A DNA stretch of 64,000 nt from Obrimoposthia wandeli (taxonomy: Eukaryota): the NCBI GenBank assembly GCA_977020255.1, contig CDROCS010001806.1:372001-436000 (forward strand), written 5' to 3'. Position numbers and translations under genes: made by a program. Each line of letters opens with the position of its first letter. Position 1 is the stretch's first letter. Below, one piece after another: positions 35,242 to 47,858 of this stretch. The notes under the pieces were generated by a model that was not told the origin of the DNA, ran no database searches, and was given only the letters and a program-made list of their open reading frames with translations.

Positions 35242-35502
35242 TCACCGATTGTCCTCCATCTCCACTCTTCTTTTCTCATCCAGTTGTCTTTGCTCCAATT
35301 CAATCTTCCTATTCCACTCCACGATCCGTCGTCGCCCAGCTAGACGCCTGTCTTGAATCTCCACCCGTCGATTCCACTCGGTCGCGACAGCTACGCACAG
35401 ATTCTGATTGAGGACCCTCTTTCTTAAATCTCCATTTTTATCATTTCTCCTGATGTTGTCTTCTTTATTCGTCACGAGACTTTGCATTTTAATAAATTCC
35501 AT
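35242..35502 (-). CDS. Arg/Glu-rich coiled-coil-like accessory ORF in element B
   Basis: Internal repeat EWNRRVEIQDRRL / EWNRKIELEQRQL. Confidence 0.5.
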   Translation of the reverse strand: MEFIKMQSLVTNKEDNIRRNDKNGDLRKRVLNQNLCVAVATEWNRRVEIQDRRLAGRRRIVEWNRKIELEQRQLDEKRRVEMEDNR

Positions 35503-35831
35503 TTTTATTTATGAAGAGGTTAATAAATTTGAACCTATATATATAAATTTAAAATATTTTTAATCCAATCACATTCAATTAAATGATATATTTTAATTTA
35601 TCAAACGAGAGTTTATAACTTAATAAATCTATAACTCATCATTGCATTTCTATATAAATTTTAAATTTATCTTTTTGAAATTAAAGAAGTTTAAAGACAT
35701 GTAAAATTTTATTATTAATTAATCCAATAACATTCGAATAAGTTAACTCTTTTTTATTTTTTAACTTTATATTTTAATAAACGTATGTTTGTATTTTAAT
35801 ATTACTAAATTTGTAAAAAAAATCCAAAATT

Positions 35832-38065
35832 TTAAAGTTTTTTATAAATTAAAAATAAAATTTTTTTAAAATAAAACAAACACATAAAGTTGTTTTTACG
35901 AGATATATTCTTTCCAAAACACTTCACAAAGTCTTCATTGGGATCATCCTCATCGATATCTCTCCTGAGTGTTATAGGAGTAAGCGGGACTGGCTCCTTA
36001 TACTTCTTTGGTAGCCCTGTCTTCTTTTTCGGCTGCACCGGTTGCTGTGCAGCAATTGGCCTTCCCTGAGGTTGTTTTGGCAGTAGTTGCCGCAACATTT
36101 TGGGAGGATGGCCGATGTTGATGGCCCCGACGTACAAGTTGTCGGTTTTGTAACCTTCCTCATCCGCGGAGCTTTCTTCAATTTTTCCTTCTTCTCACGT
36201 TGAAGCTGGCGTGAGACGGCATCCTGCTGCCCTTGTGAATCTGGAAGTATTGCTGGTTGCGGAGTATCCAGTTCCGGCAGGAATTCGTCCAACCCAGCTT
36301 CATCCCAGGCCCTCTTCTAGTTCTGGTTGGTTGTTGGACAAGGAGAAGCAGTCACCCAAGCCCTGGTCAAATTTTGGCTTATACTCAATGAAGCTGGTGC
36401 TGTCTCCTGCAAGTGTAGTTGACTGGGTGGCGGACTAATCTCGATCAGAGAGACTGGTATCCTCTCGTATAAAAATGGCCTGTCGTCCACTGGAGATGGG
36501 AGAATTTCCTGCTGGCCATTCACCGCCTCAGAAGAATTGAATTTTGCGGCTGTGCATTTTCTTGAATGTTTCGTCTTCCGCACCTCTGCTTGTTTCGTCC
36601 GTTTCCGCGGGAAAGGAGCAATTTCTCACCAAGTCTCCTCAATTACCTTTGAAGGACCCTGCATAAAAAATATATATGTAAAATAGTATAATTTTTTTTA
36701 ATTAATAAAATATAATAAAATATTTAAAAATTTACCTCAATAATAGGATATGAAAGTTTTTCCTGCCGCTCCATCGATATCTAGGTAGATTTGAGCAGAC
36801 AAGATTTCAATTTTTAGAGCGCCTCGTCTTCCACACTGCAGCCCCTTCACTCGACTATGCTGGAAAGTAGAAATTTCCCCCCACGTCTCTTCAGTTAATT
36901 GTATTGGTTCCTGCAAAAAACATCAATACAATTTATATATATTAGTAATTTACCTCAATAACAGGCAGGTTTGCCTGTTTCATCAACTTGGCCTTCTTCC
37001 GATGCACCGTCTGTATTTTGACCCGATGTCGTTGCGGTTTCCTCACTACCGCCTACTTCCTATTCACGGGTAGGTTGTGAGTTGCCTCCTCCATAATTTC
37101 TTCCACCAAGTCGGCTTCCTATGTGAATAATTATAATTATTATCTAATTTAAAATAATTTATCTCAATGTTATCCAGAGTCGCTATGTATTGCTGCTCAC
37201 TCCTTGGATCCCCCTCCCTGCATTGACTCACCCAGTACTGCAGTTATATGAGCTTCTCCGCCGTGGTCACAGACAGTGCCAAATCAAGTTGAAGTTTCTG
37301 AAAATGAAATTAAAAACATTTTAAATAAATTACTAGACTAACCTCCTTCGTCGCCTTTATTCTCCTAACAGCATGTATCGGAGATTGCGGCCTTCTGAAT
37401 GGTTCAGACACCGTATTGTCTGCTATCGGGGTTGGAGTGAGACCATCCCAATCGCCAGTGAACAGGCGCCATTCGTCCTCGTACACTTCTGCCACCATCG
37501 ACTCGTTTGCGGCTGGGGCTCCGATACTTGGCTGTATCCATTCGTCAATGAATGGAGTCAAGTCCTCCTCCCCATCCGACGGTACCTCATCGGTGAAGAG
37601 CTCCTCGTCTGAGTCTGGTGTGAGGACTATCTCCGACTGAGACAGCGGGATCAATTTCCAGATACGTTTGATTGTCGCCTCAAAATTGTCGAAGAGATTG
37701 GATCTCCTTGCTGATACTGCCGAAGTTGCTGGACGAGCGGCTTCTGTGTTCTGCTGGGGAGTACAGTCTTCCAAATTCTCAATCGAATCCTGACTAGTCA
37801 GGTCGATATATTGGGATCTCTGTACCCCACCTCTCGCGTCCATTGATTCTTCTCTCTGAGTTGAGCTGGCCAATGTCGATTCTTCTAACAGGTCCACTCT
37901 TGCTGTTGCATTTCCTTCGTCTCCTTCGCTCACCACCGACGATTCTTGACTAAGTAAGTCAATGTTCTGTGACGGTGGTGGCATTCGCTGCTGTACTGGA
38001 GAGAGATCCCCATACAGTTGAACCTCCATCTCTTCATCCAAATCGACGTTGTTGTAGAATGGCAT
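35832..38065 (-). pseudogene. Five-exon large low-complexity accessory gene with SIM-like motifs
   Basis: Exons 38065-37343, 37297-~37163 (donor apparently mutated to AT; an alternative GT at 37231), 37118-36954, 36910-36736, 36658-~35832. Short AT-rich introns; some stops and frameshifts. Confidence 0.72.
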
Positions 38066-38810
38066 CTTGATTTTGATTTATGAAAAATAATGAAAATAGG
38101 TCTCCTTATATACACAAACATCAGACTAACCCTCTTCTTGTCGTCCAATAAGAGTGGGTGATTTGAATAATTTATTTGAAAATTTATAGTATTTTCTTAA
38201 GTTTTTTGATGATGTTTAAATACATGTATATCATTGGATTAAAAAATTATTAAAAATAGTAATATTTAAAGGGTATTATGTAAGAAAAACAAACTTTTTT
38301 TGAGTGTATCTGGATATAAATACTTATAAGGAATATTTTTCGCGACCCTGTATATATATTCTTCGTCGGGTCACCACGGGCCCGAATGGCACGCGTTGGC
38401 CCTTAGATGGCCTCTCAGGAACTTCCTCACTCTGTGGGAGCATTATGAGATTTTCAATTTTAAAGGGTGTTAAATGGGGTTAGTTAGTTTTTTAGGGTGT
38501 TGGGGGTGGGGGAGATAGAAAAAACACGTATACGTTACTTTATATAATTCATAAAGTCATATATAAGGATTTAGTGGCAGTGGAATAGCACGGTCGGCAC
38601 ACGTGCAGACAAATTGGTGAATTTCCGAAGGTAATGGTAAGCCAGGAATCGCCAGGACCTGCTCAAATTCGCTCTTGACAGAATTCAAGTATCCCGTGCA
38701 CTTAATTTTCCAAATTCATTTCCCCACCTTGACCACCGTACCATCCACCGCCAGTAAACTGCACTTGTGCAGTTGAAAGGTATGTACACGTCTCAGGACA
38801 GGTATAGATT

Positions 38811-38876
38811 TTTTCACTCCTCACACACATGCACGAAATTTCACTCCACACACATGCACGGTTTTAAAGGACTGTG
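38811..38876 (-). repeat. Right inverted repeat of element B
   Basis: Reverse complement matches 24980-25042. Confidence 0.8.
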
Positions 38877-39699
38877 ATAGCCTCCCGGGACCCATCCACC
38901 TATTCTTGTTGCATGGTCACCATGTTAAGTCTGTATGATAATTCAAATTATATTCAACACCAAATCTGCCGTCCTCTTTCTGAGTGCTCTTTTAAGTAAA
39001 GCGCACTTTGGGGAAATGCAGGTAGTTGTGCAATAATATGAAGATAATTAGTTACGCAATCATTCAATTAATTAGTTTATTGTGAGATTATAATTATATA
39101 TCTAACACGTAATATAACACACAATGACCTACTTCTGAATTTGACCCTCAAAAATCATGTGTACTATGAGAAAATGTAACTTACAAAATGTGACCTTAAA
39201 AGATGGACGTACTATAATCATTACTATCACATTTTTTCTTTACATAAATACACATTCTTATGATCTTTTTAAGGTCTTAAATTGTTCCGTTTTTTTGCGT
39301 TTAAAAATCCTTTATTTTTATTTATTATTTTATAACCTTCAATTTAGAAGGTTATTTATTTACTATAAATAATTAAGTTATTTAATAAATCTTATTTTCC
39401 TAATTCCATCAGTTGTTTATTTAACACTCAATACAATATTGTACACATACAGTAATTATTCACCTATAAGGGGTCCCACCTATAAGGGTGTCCGGTCTCC
39501 GAAAATTTCACGCTTCACCTATAATAGTACCTTTCCAAGCTTTTAAATAATGCATCTATAAGTGATTCGGTGTCGGTCTCTCTCAAAAACATGTTTTAAT
39601 GAATACCCTTACAGGTGAATAACAGGTGTAATAGCTTAAAATCAGTACTGGATTAACCTTAAGGCAGGATAAGCCTCTGTCTATGACATACGATTTTTT

Positions 39700-40520
39700 T
39701 TCAAAAAATTATGCTTTACAACTCCTTTTAGAGGTAAATCCACAAATACATTTTTAAAAGAAATGGTTTTAATACACCAATTGAAAGAAGCTCAATGTTG
39801 AAACCAACCGTTCTCCTTCAGCATTTGATCTAATTATTGACCAATAAATTCTCAACGTAATGTCAACGTTTGGGAAACTGGTAACTAACTTTCCTTTTAT
39901 TTTGCGGTAATTATTTATGTCGCAAACCTTTTTAATCATATATTTTTGGAAATTATTGGAACTCTTCCACAAAGTACTCCTCCAAATGGGATAATATATA
40001 CTTTGCTTTTATTAGATGTGATTATTGGCCATATTTATGTTGAAAAGAAGATGAAAGTTTAGGCCTCTCGACGAGTTTTCTTTTCCATTTGCAGTTTGTC
40101 AATAATCCTGCAGAAAGCATTGATTCTGAAATTTTCTCTGGCATTTAGCTTAGGCTCTATTGAAAATAATTCATGATTTCTTTTGTGAATTTCTGTACTC
40201 CGAAAAAGATTTTTTTTGCTTTGGTCTCAAACTCGCCAAATTTATTTTGAGCTTTATTAAATTGAGAAATAATACAATCATATAATTTTATTACAGTGCA
40301 TAGTTCTTGTCAATGTCAATATTTTTAAGTAAGTCCATATGAAACTCATTAATCCTATTTCAAAGTTTTCGATATTCTTAATTCATCCATTTATCAAATG
40401 AGCAATTGCAGAAAGTTGCTGCTCGCATTCAGTAATGCCCAGAAATCATTTGTGAATTTCTAAATAGTTAACATAAAATTGTCGTGTTGACAATCTTGTA
40501 TGTGATAAATTTTGAAAGAT
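39700..40520 (-). pseudogene. hAT transposase C-terminal fragment
   Basis: FPNVDITLRIYWSIIRSNAEGERLVSTL resembles the hAT dimerisation motif FPNV.IALRI.LT.P.SNA..ERSFS.L. Confidence 0.75.
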
Positions 40521-42294
40521 GCAAGTGTTATCTCATGTTTTCTATTATTTTTAACCATTTTTGCGACGTTACAACGTTGTATACTAATTCTAACGGTTCA
40601 AAACAGTTAACTGTCTCTCCACATTTTGTATTTTGATTGGTGGGCTAAACGGCCGTGTAATACAGAATAAACTGTAACATAAGTTAGTAGTTAACATGGC
40701 ATAATACTTACAAACACAATTCACATGTAACATGAATGTCTGTGGGTTATTCCTGTAAATCTTTTGTGTGCCACCAGGCGAAACTCGTCACAATTAACCC
40801 ACAGCTCCCCACTGGCCGACTCAGAAAATAACTTCCCCAATAAAGACAAGTCTCACTGGCATCATTGTAGAACGCTTGGGCTGAGTGGTATAAATTGGAA
40901 CTGGTTTTATATGGACAGCTTTGATGCTTCCCGCTCCATCTGTAGACTTTAGTGCTTGCTGCTCTAGCAGTACCAGTGGAACCCTTTGGATATATAATTA
41001 TGGAACGATACGTTGCATTTATAATAGCAACTCGTTTTCCGCTTGCACTCGACTCTTTCTTTTTAATCAACGGGAGTGATTTCGGAAGATGAATTATGGT
41101 AACAGGTTGCATTGCAAGTTAGACGCCACCAAAGATATTTCGGTTACGAGGATATATACCTGTAGTTTTGAAATCCATCCTTTGCTGTATTTAGGACACC
41201 GCTTGAAGATATGCTTGACCAAACAAAGAAGTAACACAGTAAATCCCATTAATTTCTTGTATACTTTCTTTTATACTTTCTTATCTGTAATTAGATGTAG
41301 TAAAATAATAATAATTACTTACATTTTAAAAATTATCTCGGTATGGTATTTCTGGATTCTGATTTATATATTACATAACTATGGTGAAATTATTCATTAT
41401 AAATCGCCACTCAACTGAAAAAAGAATTTCCGGTTACATTGAAAGTTATGCTTGTTCATTATCTAGTCATATACTACTTCATTGATACAATACAAATTAC
41501 TTTTAGGGGTAGGAGAGAGTTGGCTGCACGACGTTCGGCATAATTCATACGTTAGAAGAATGGAAAATAATTTTTACAATTTCAATTTTTCAGAGCATGA
41601 ATTTTGGACACCAAATTTTAACCAAAATGAAAATCAGTTAAGTGAATCATGGAACTGGGATATGTGATGTTATACCAAGAAATCGATATCCGAGAGGCTG
41701 GGGCAATCTATGACGAGTCCAGTGAAGATAGACGCGTGGCGGAGAGCAGTGTGCTGGGCCGATGGAAGTAGCTCTGTGATTGGACAGTTGAGTTCAACTA
41801 AGTCAAGGTCAGATGTGGAATTTGACCTTGAGATTGACAAGGTAGGAGTGCAGTTGATTTGTACCGTTTCGATTTGGGAGCTGCCATTTGTTCGCCGGCC
41901 AATGCTGAATCCTGCAGGTTTTTAAATTTCAAATAAAATTTTGAAAGTGATTTTCATACAATGCTGAAATTCAAAAAACACTCCAACTAACGATAATATT
42001 TCTAATTATTCGTGATACCGTGCTTCCTCGATTATTCGAACAGTCATTCTTCAGTCAACCGTCTAGCTTCGTTTTAGTAGCCGTCCAAATAACGAAAATT
42101 TTGTATAACATTTATTTCTGTGAGTCTGATGCATTTTACACCCTATACAAGTTACATGTCAAGAACCTAACTCACGTGTAGCTCACCATACAACCCCCAA
42201 CCATCCACCAACAGGTCAGAGCTGTACTTGACCTAGCTGTGGTTTATTGGTTGCATCGTCCTTCTCAATCTCTCGCTTGACGTCATATCCCTAA

Positions 42295-42464
42295 TAGTGT
42301 AAAGCGTACTTTCATGCTAATTAAAATATTAGAATTGAATTCCCTGGGCAAGACATAGAAAAGGCACAGCTCACAGACAAGCCTTGATATATGCCTGTTC
42401 TATTTTGGCACGGATACAGTCTGTTCCAATGTTTTATAAAGCAGGAAAAGTACACTTTACACTA
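42295..42464. mobile_element. 170-bp MITE with 18-bp TIRs
   Basis: TAGTGTAAAGCGTACTTT (42295-42312) vs AAAGTACACTTTACACTA (42447-42464), one mismatch. Confidence 0.7.
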
Positions 42465-42864
42465 CTATATATAGGGTTTTTTACTCAGGAAAAATCCAAA
42501 TTTCATGCAAATATTCGAAATTTCATACATATACTCCAGAGAAACATCCGTTGATAAGTTCGGACTTGAAAGAAAGGGTTTTCATGAATGTTATTAAGTT
42601 ATAATAATGTCTTTAAATTTCATTCTTTCATTTTGTTTTACTGAACTACATTATTATTGTTAATTGTTAATATATTTATTTCATTTCAAATTTCTTTAAA
42701 ATATTTTTCATTTATACTTCTTCAAATGGATTTCTTTTCATTAAAGTTTTTAAATTTATTTATTAAAATTTATTTTTGAAAATTACATGTTTTATTATAA
42801 TTATTTTCTTATGACTTTCTCATTTCCCTATATAAATTTGATCTGAAAAATGCATAGAATAAAA

Positions 42865-43128
42865 TATATGTTAACTCACGTTTTGTAGATCTAATATTAG
42901 TAGGTAACCTTCCTTTCCATTATTGCATACAATATGGATGGATTTAAACAAAACATATGGAAAAAAGTGAATCCTCAAATCGATAGACCAATGTACTTGC
43001 ATGTTTCGAACGCGTCGATAAATAATATTGAAATTAATATTCGTAATGATAGTGGTGAATTTCTAGATTTTTTTTACGGTACAAAAACCATAATAACAAT
43101 TCAGTTTAAATATAAGCGATACGTATAA
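42865..43128 (+). pseudogene. Isolated Polinton minor capsid C-terminal fragment (remnant E)
   Basis: LVGNLPFPLLHTIWMD...DRPMYLHV...INNIEINIRNDSG. Confidence 0.8.
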
Positions 43129-43529
43129 TGTCAGTCAATATGGTGGTAACAGCTAAAGGTATTTCTATGTGTCAAACGGATATTAGAAATTATTACTATT
43201 TCAAATGTTTTCAAATGGTTAATGTAAAATCAAAAAATAAGAAGAAGAATTAAAGATATATATAGAATATTATCTGAAGTTAATGAAATCAAAAAAATGG
43301 ATTTCTCCTAAGTAGAAAATTCCATATATAGTTTTGTAAAGTGTACTTTACCGCTTATTAAAACATTAGAATCCCGCCCCTATAAGCCAGATATATTTTT
43401 TTATATGTCTGACTCAGATAGTATGAGCTGTTTTAATATTTTGATGAGCAAGAAAGTACACTTTAAACTACCATCCCTCGGTGAGTGAAGGTTCTGCAAC
43501 TACCCAACTGTATAGTCAAAGCCTACTCG

Positions 43530-43680
43530 TATTTTATTCCTTGAGACTCAGCTATGGATGCTCACTCTACTTCATTATATGTTACTATTGTCGTTTCATT
43601 TACCACCTTGTAGCAATATGTTTTCCAATTAGAATTCCACCCAGAAGGTTCACAATCTCCGAGCAGATATCGGAGCTTTG
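43530..43680 (-). pseudogene. Possible decayed C-type lectin-domain exon
   Basis: GDCEPSGWNSNWKTYCYKVVNETTIVTYNEVE* fits the C..GW......CY......tw.eA pattern. Confidence 0.35.
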
Positions 43681-44819
43681 TGTTCTTCAATTCTCTTCAG
43701 TCTGTTTCACACATCTTAGAGAGTTAATTCTGAAATCAACTTCCATACCTTGAAACCATTCTTATAAAATCAATGCACATGAGAAATTGGGTTATCTCAA
43801 GTCTCTGTTTGTGCATTTTCCTATACACAGTAATATGTTTTTTATGTTTCCATCTGCTGACCCCAACTCCTCCAGAACGGAGTGAGTTGAGCTGTTGTCA
43901 ATAACGAATATTACAGTGATCTTATTTAATCACTATTTAATCACAAAGGAGTCATTAACTGTTTGCACTAGCCTTTGCGAATGCAAGATACTGGAGAATG
44001 GGGCTAATAAGACAGCGGATAAGCAGATAGTTTATTGTAGTCAAATTAATTACGTTCGTGTGAGTGCACTTATTGATCAGTAGTTCATCTGGAGAAGTGA
44101 GGATTTATTGCAATTTGGTTATTCTGGAGTTCCACCTAACCCAGATTTCCTAGCAGATTTCGAGGCACTGTTATTAAAAGTCACGGACACTGACATATTA
44201 AATTGGTTCAACGCCGTCTGTTTTAAATCGTAATGAACAAAGTCATGCAGAGTATGCTACAAACTGAAGAGGAGGAAGAGGATTATAAAAACTATCATGT
44301 TACGACCGGATCTCAGCAGTATTATCCAATGTCATACTCAAAAGCAGTGGAAATGTTCGATAAATGCCGCACTTAGAAATGCACTTGCAATTGTAACTGA
44401 CATGAAATAGCAGAAAAAAAGCAGGAAGCCAGCCAAAAGGTAATGATACTAGGCATGTTTTGTTTGTAAAAATTATTTTGTTGTTTACATTTTGTCAAAC
44501 GTGTTGAGCCTTCTCTGGAACGAGAAACGAGATCAATAAAAGCTTCTACCATTAAATGTAGGAACTGTTTAAGTTACGAAAGGGTAGAGGGAAGACGATT
44601 AATGGTAAGATCATGTATCATCTCGAAGAGGCTTTGCGGGTGACAAAGGTTGTGAGACCTATGAAAAGACGAGTAGTGAAAGAAACCAGTTATCTCTTAA
44701 GGAAAGACCGGGTGAAATACGTTAAATGAGTTAGAAATTATCGAACTTCTGGAGAAAATTAATACAAAAAGGCGCTAAGGCCGTGGGCTCAGATTTTAGT
44801 CACGCAAGGTTGTTGAGAT

Positions 44820-45640
44820 ACTATCATCGTATGCGACAGTACTAATGCTGGCTTTGTTGAACCAATCATTGGAAATGAGATCGATTTCACAGAACTGAAT
44901 CGAGGAAAATATGGTATCAGTCCTCAAAGGACATTGCCTTCTAGGAGGTAATTACTCTTACCTCTATCATCGATAAGTGGATGGAAAGAGTTCTTAACCA
45001 TCGGCTGATGTACTTCCTAAAGAGAAGAGGACTACTGTAATTAAATCAGGCTGGCTTTAGATTAGGAATTTCCGTAGATTATTCGTTTCTGAGACTGCTG
45101 CACGATGTACATGATAACTTTCAAGCAAAAGAAGACTGAAAGATGAAATAATCCTCAAACTAGTGAGAGTAGAAATTAGCTTCAAATTTGTAAGATAAAT
45201 TCAGGGATGGTTGTTAAAAGGAGTAAATCTCAGTTAACCGGGTAGTCGTTGACAATCTCATGTTCCGATCAGGTCTTTCTGAATAGTTGAGGTTTCCCGT
45301 AAACTGTTCTTTATATCAACGACATACTGGATGGATGTTCTACACATGTAAAGTCGTAGATTACCTGATAGTGTGGGGGAAAGGCAAAATCATGAATGAA
45401 TGGAGCAGAAAGTGGCTGATGACACTGAATGTCAAGGAATAAGCCGATTTTTTATAAACGTCAAAGACGCAAGGTTAAGAAGTACCCAATCTTTCTAGGA
45501 ATTATCTATGACAAAATCATGCGATTTGGCGAGCATGTGAAGTGATCAAGAAAAAAAGAGGAAGATTAGACTACTAAAAGAGTGGTGTGAAGTACGAATT
45601 TGGGATTCTAGAAAGAATTTTTAAAGAAAATACTTGCCTT
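44820..45640 (+). pseudogene. Degenerate non-LTR retrotransposon reverse transcriptase
   Basis: TLTSIIDKWMERVLNHRL..FL...LL..NQAGFR and FLGIIYDK.MRFGEHV motifs. Confidence 0.75.
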
Positions 45641-46089
45641 TTTGACCAGTATGATAGTTGAGTATAACTTGTCCATATGAAGGCCATGGCTGTGGAGGAT
45701 TTCTAGGCAGAGATTGAAAGTATCTAGAAGAAAGAAGTACGTATTATTGTGATAGCTGAGAAAAGAACTCCTAGTAAAGCAGTAATGGAGAGTAGGTGGA
45801 GACTAGACACTTAATGTTAAAGGATTTTTCACAACATAAGGGTGTCACACCATAAGGGTATATTTTGACTCACCATAAGGGTGTCTTGCCACACCATAAG
45901 AATCTGGCTCAGAAAGGTTAAGATATGGGGGAGGGGGAAGGGTTAAGTGATCTAGTCTCCACCCTTCTTTTGGTCAACCACTAAAGGGTTGTTGTCGTCC
46001 ATAATTTAAAGGGTCAGGCAGAGTTTTGACTTGAAAATTTAAAGGTATAATTGAGGTCAACTATGGTTAGCCATCACATCTAAAGGGTC

Positions 46090-46330
46090 ATGGACGTTCA
46101 TAAATCAAAGGGTCGGGCTAAAAACAAAATCAAGTTTTAAATATCAAGATTTTAGTACATAGTTGGAATCATCTTTAGAAGGTGAATTCACCCATTAAGT
46201 ATGGTCATCCATAAATCAAAGGGTCGGGCTAAAGACCAAATCAAGTTTTAAATGTCAAGGTTTGAATACATGGTTGTAATCATCTGTAGAAGACGAATTC
46301 ATCCATATAGGTATGGTCGTCCATAGATGA
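46090..46330. repeat. Tandem ~110-bp repeats
   Basis: CATAAATCAAAGGGTCGGGCTAAA...AAATCAAGTTTTAAAT repeated. Confidence 0.8.
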
Positions 46331-47069
46331 ATGGTTAAAAAAGTTGGAATTTCATAGTTTTAAGTACATGGTTGTATTCGTCAATATATTACGAGTTTAA
46401 TCATGTAAAAATTTCATGGTCATTCACAAGGTAAGGGTTAGATTTGGCATAAGTTAAGGAATTATATATTAATTAATCAATTATTCTATGTGAAAGTTAA
46501 AGTTCACTCTTATCAATTAAGGAATGTGGTACTTAATAACACATACGTTATTCTATGTGAAAATTTAGATCAAAGTTTTTTCCAGGCTTATGCATCTAAA
46601 GAATTATGATAAAATTTATTTAAATAACTTAAATTATATATTAAAATAAAAATAAAATAAGAAAGAAGTCAGAGAATAATACAAAATTAAACACTTTTAT
46701 TATGTAATTTCATAATTTCATCTTCAAACTTAAGTGAATAACATTTACAAAGTAAGAAAATCCATTTTTTATACATTCTTTCCGTTTCAACGACTAAGTT
46801 ACAGCGGAATTAATAGAAAAAACAACACTAAGTTTAACGCTATGAATGAAAATTAGTAAAATATTAATGTATTTGAATATTTGAATAATAGTTTGAATAA
46901 ACGAGAGTTAGATTAAATGTAAATGAATGCAAGTATGAATGCAAATGAATGCAAATACAAGTAAGAGTCTTAGCAAGTAAATTTAATTTAAAAATAAGAG
47001 TGTCGAGAGTATGATTGAATTTTGAGTATAACTTAGACTATAAGTTAATTAAAATAGAGTTTTCGTAAT

Positions 47070-47302
47070 CAACTATAAGAAGCAGTGATACTGAGTTATG
47101 TTAAAAGTTAGAATAACTAAGTAACAGCAAGATTAATAGAAAACAATACTATGTTTGAAGGTATAAGTTAAATTAGTAAAATATTAATGAATTGAATGCC
47201 ATTTAGAATGATTAGCAACTATAAGAAGCAGTGATACTGAGTTATGTTAAAAGTTAGAATGACTAAGTTACAGCAAGATTAATAGAAAATAATACTATGT
47301 TT
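47070..47302. repeat. Direct repeat (~87 bp x2, related copy near 46790)
   Basis: AACTATAAGAAGCAGTGATACTGAGTTATGTTAAAAGTTAGAAT... duplicated. Confidence 0.85.
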
Positions 47303-47858
47303 TACGGCCATTCTAAACCTCTTTTTGGTAAAGGTTGATCAATCATTTAATAACATTCCTTAATTAATTAATTTTTTTTTAAACTGATAAATTTGAATTC
47401 TTTATTTTTAAAGAACTTTGTTAAAGAAATGCTGGGAAAATGCGGGGGCTCTCTACTTGGCACTGAAGTTGCTGGTGGAACACAGAGACGATTGTAAGAA
47501 AAGTAGCATAGCAACATACAGTAAGTGCCGTTTTCAGAGACTCTTGAGATTCAGATACAACACAAAGAATAACTTGTTCAAGGATGTATAATGATTCCAG
47601 GAAGATTTTATCAAAAAGGCAACAGCAATTAGTTGGTTTCTGATCCACTGTAGTGTGATATGTAATGCGTGGAGTGCGGTCACTGCAACTAGGAATGCAC
47701 TTAGGCCTAGGATGGAAAGAGGTGACATTTTGATGTTGTCATAGCAAGTATCAGGAACCCACACAAAAAGAGAACCATCAGAAACGACATGACTAAAAGA
47801 ACCTATAATTGTGGAGTGAATGAGAAGCTCGAGAGCAGCTGGCTAAAGAGCTTGATCA

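Larger units (their letters stand above)
24980..38876 (+). mobile_element. Polinton/Maverick element B (~13.9 kb), decayed and internally deleted
   Basis: Inverted repeats at 24980-25080 and 38811-38876 enclose TBP-like, integrase, minor capsid, PZ, MCP and protease (+), and pPolB and accessory genes (-). Confidence 0.85.

Noticed and set aside
40747-41112. 121-aa minus-strand ORF
   Set aside because: Non-ATG start, no recognisable motif or splice context.
47421-47764. Hydrophobic short ORFs downstream of the stomatin gene
   Set aside because: Competing frames and no family motif; more likely UTR or decayed sequence.
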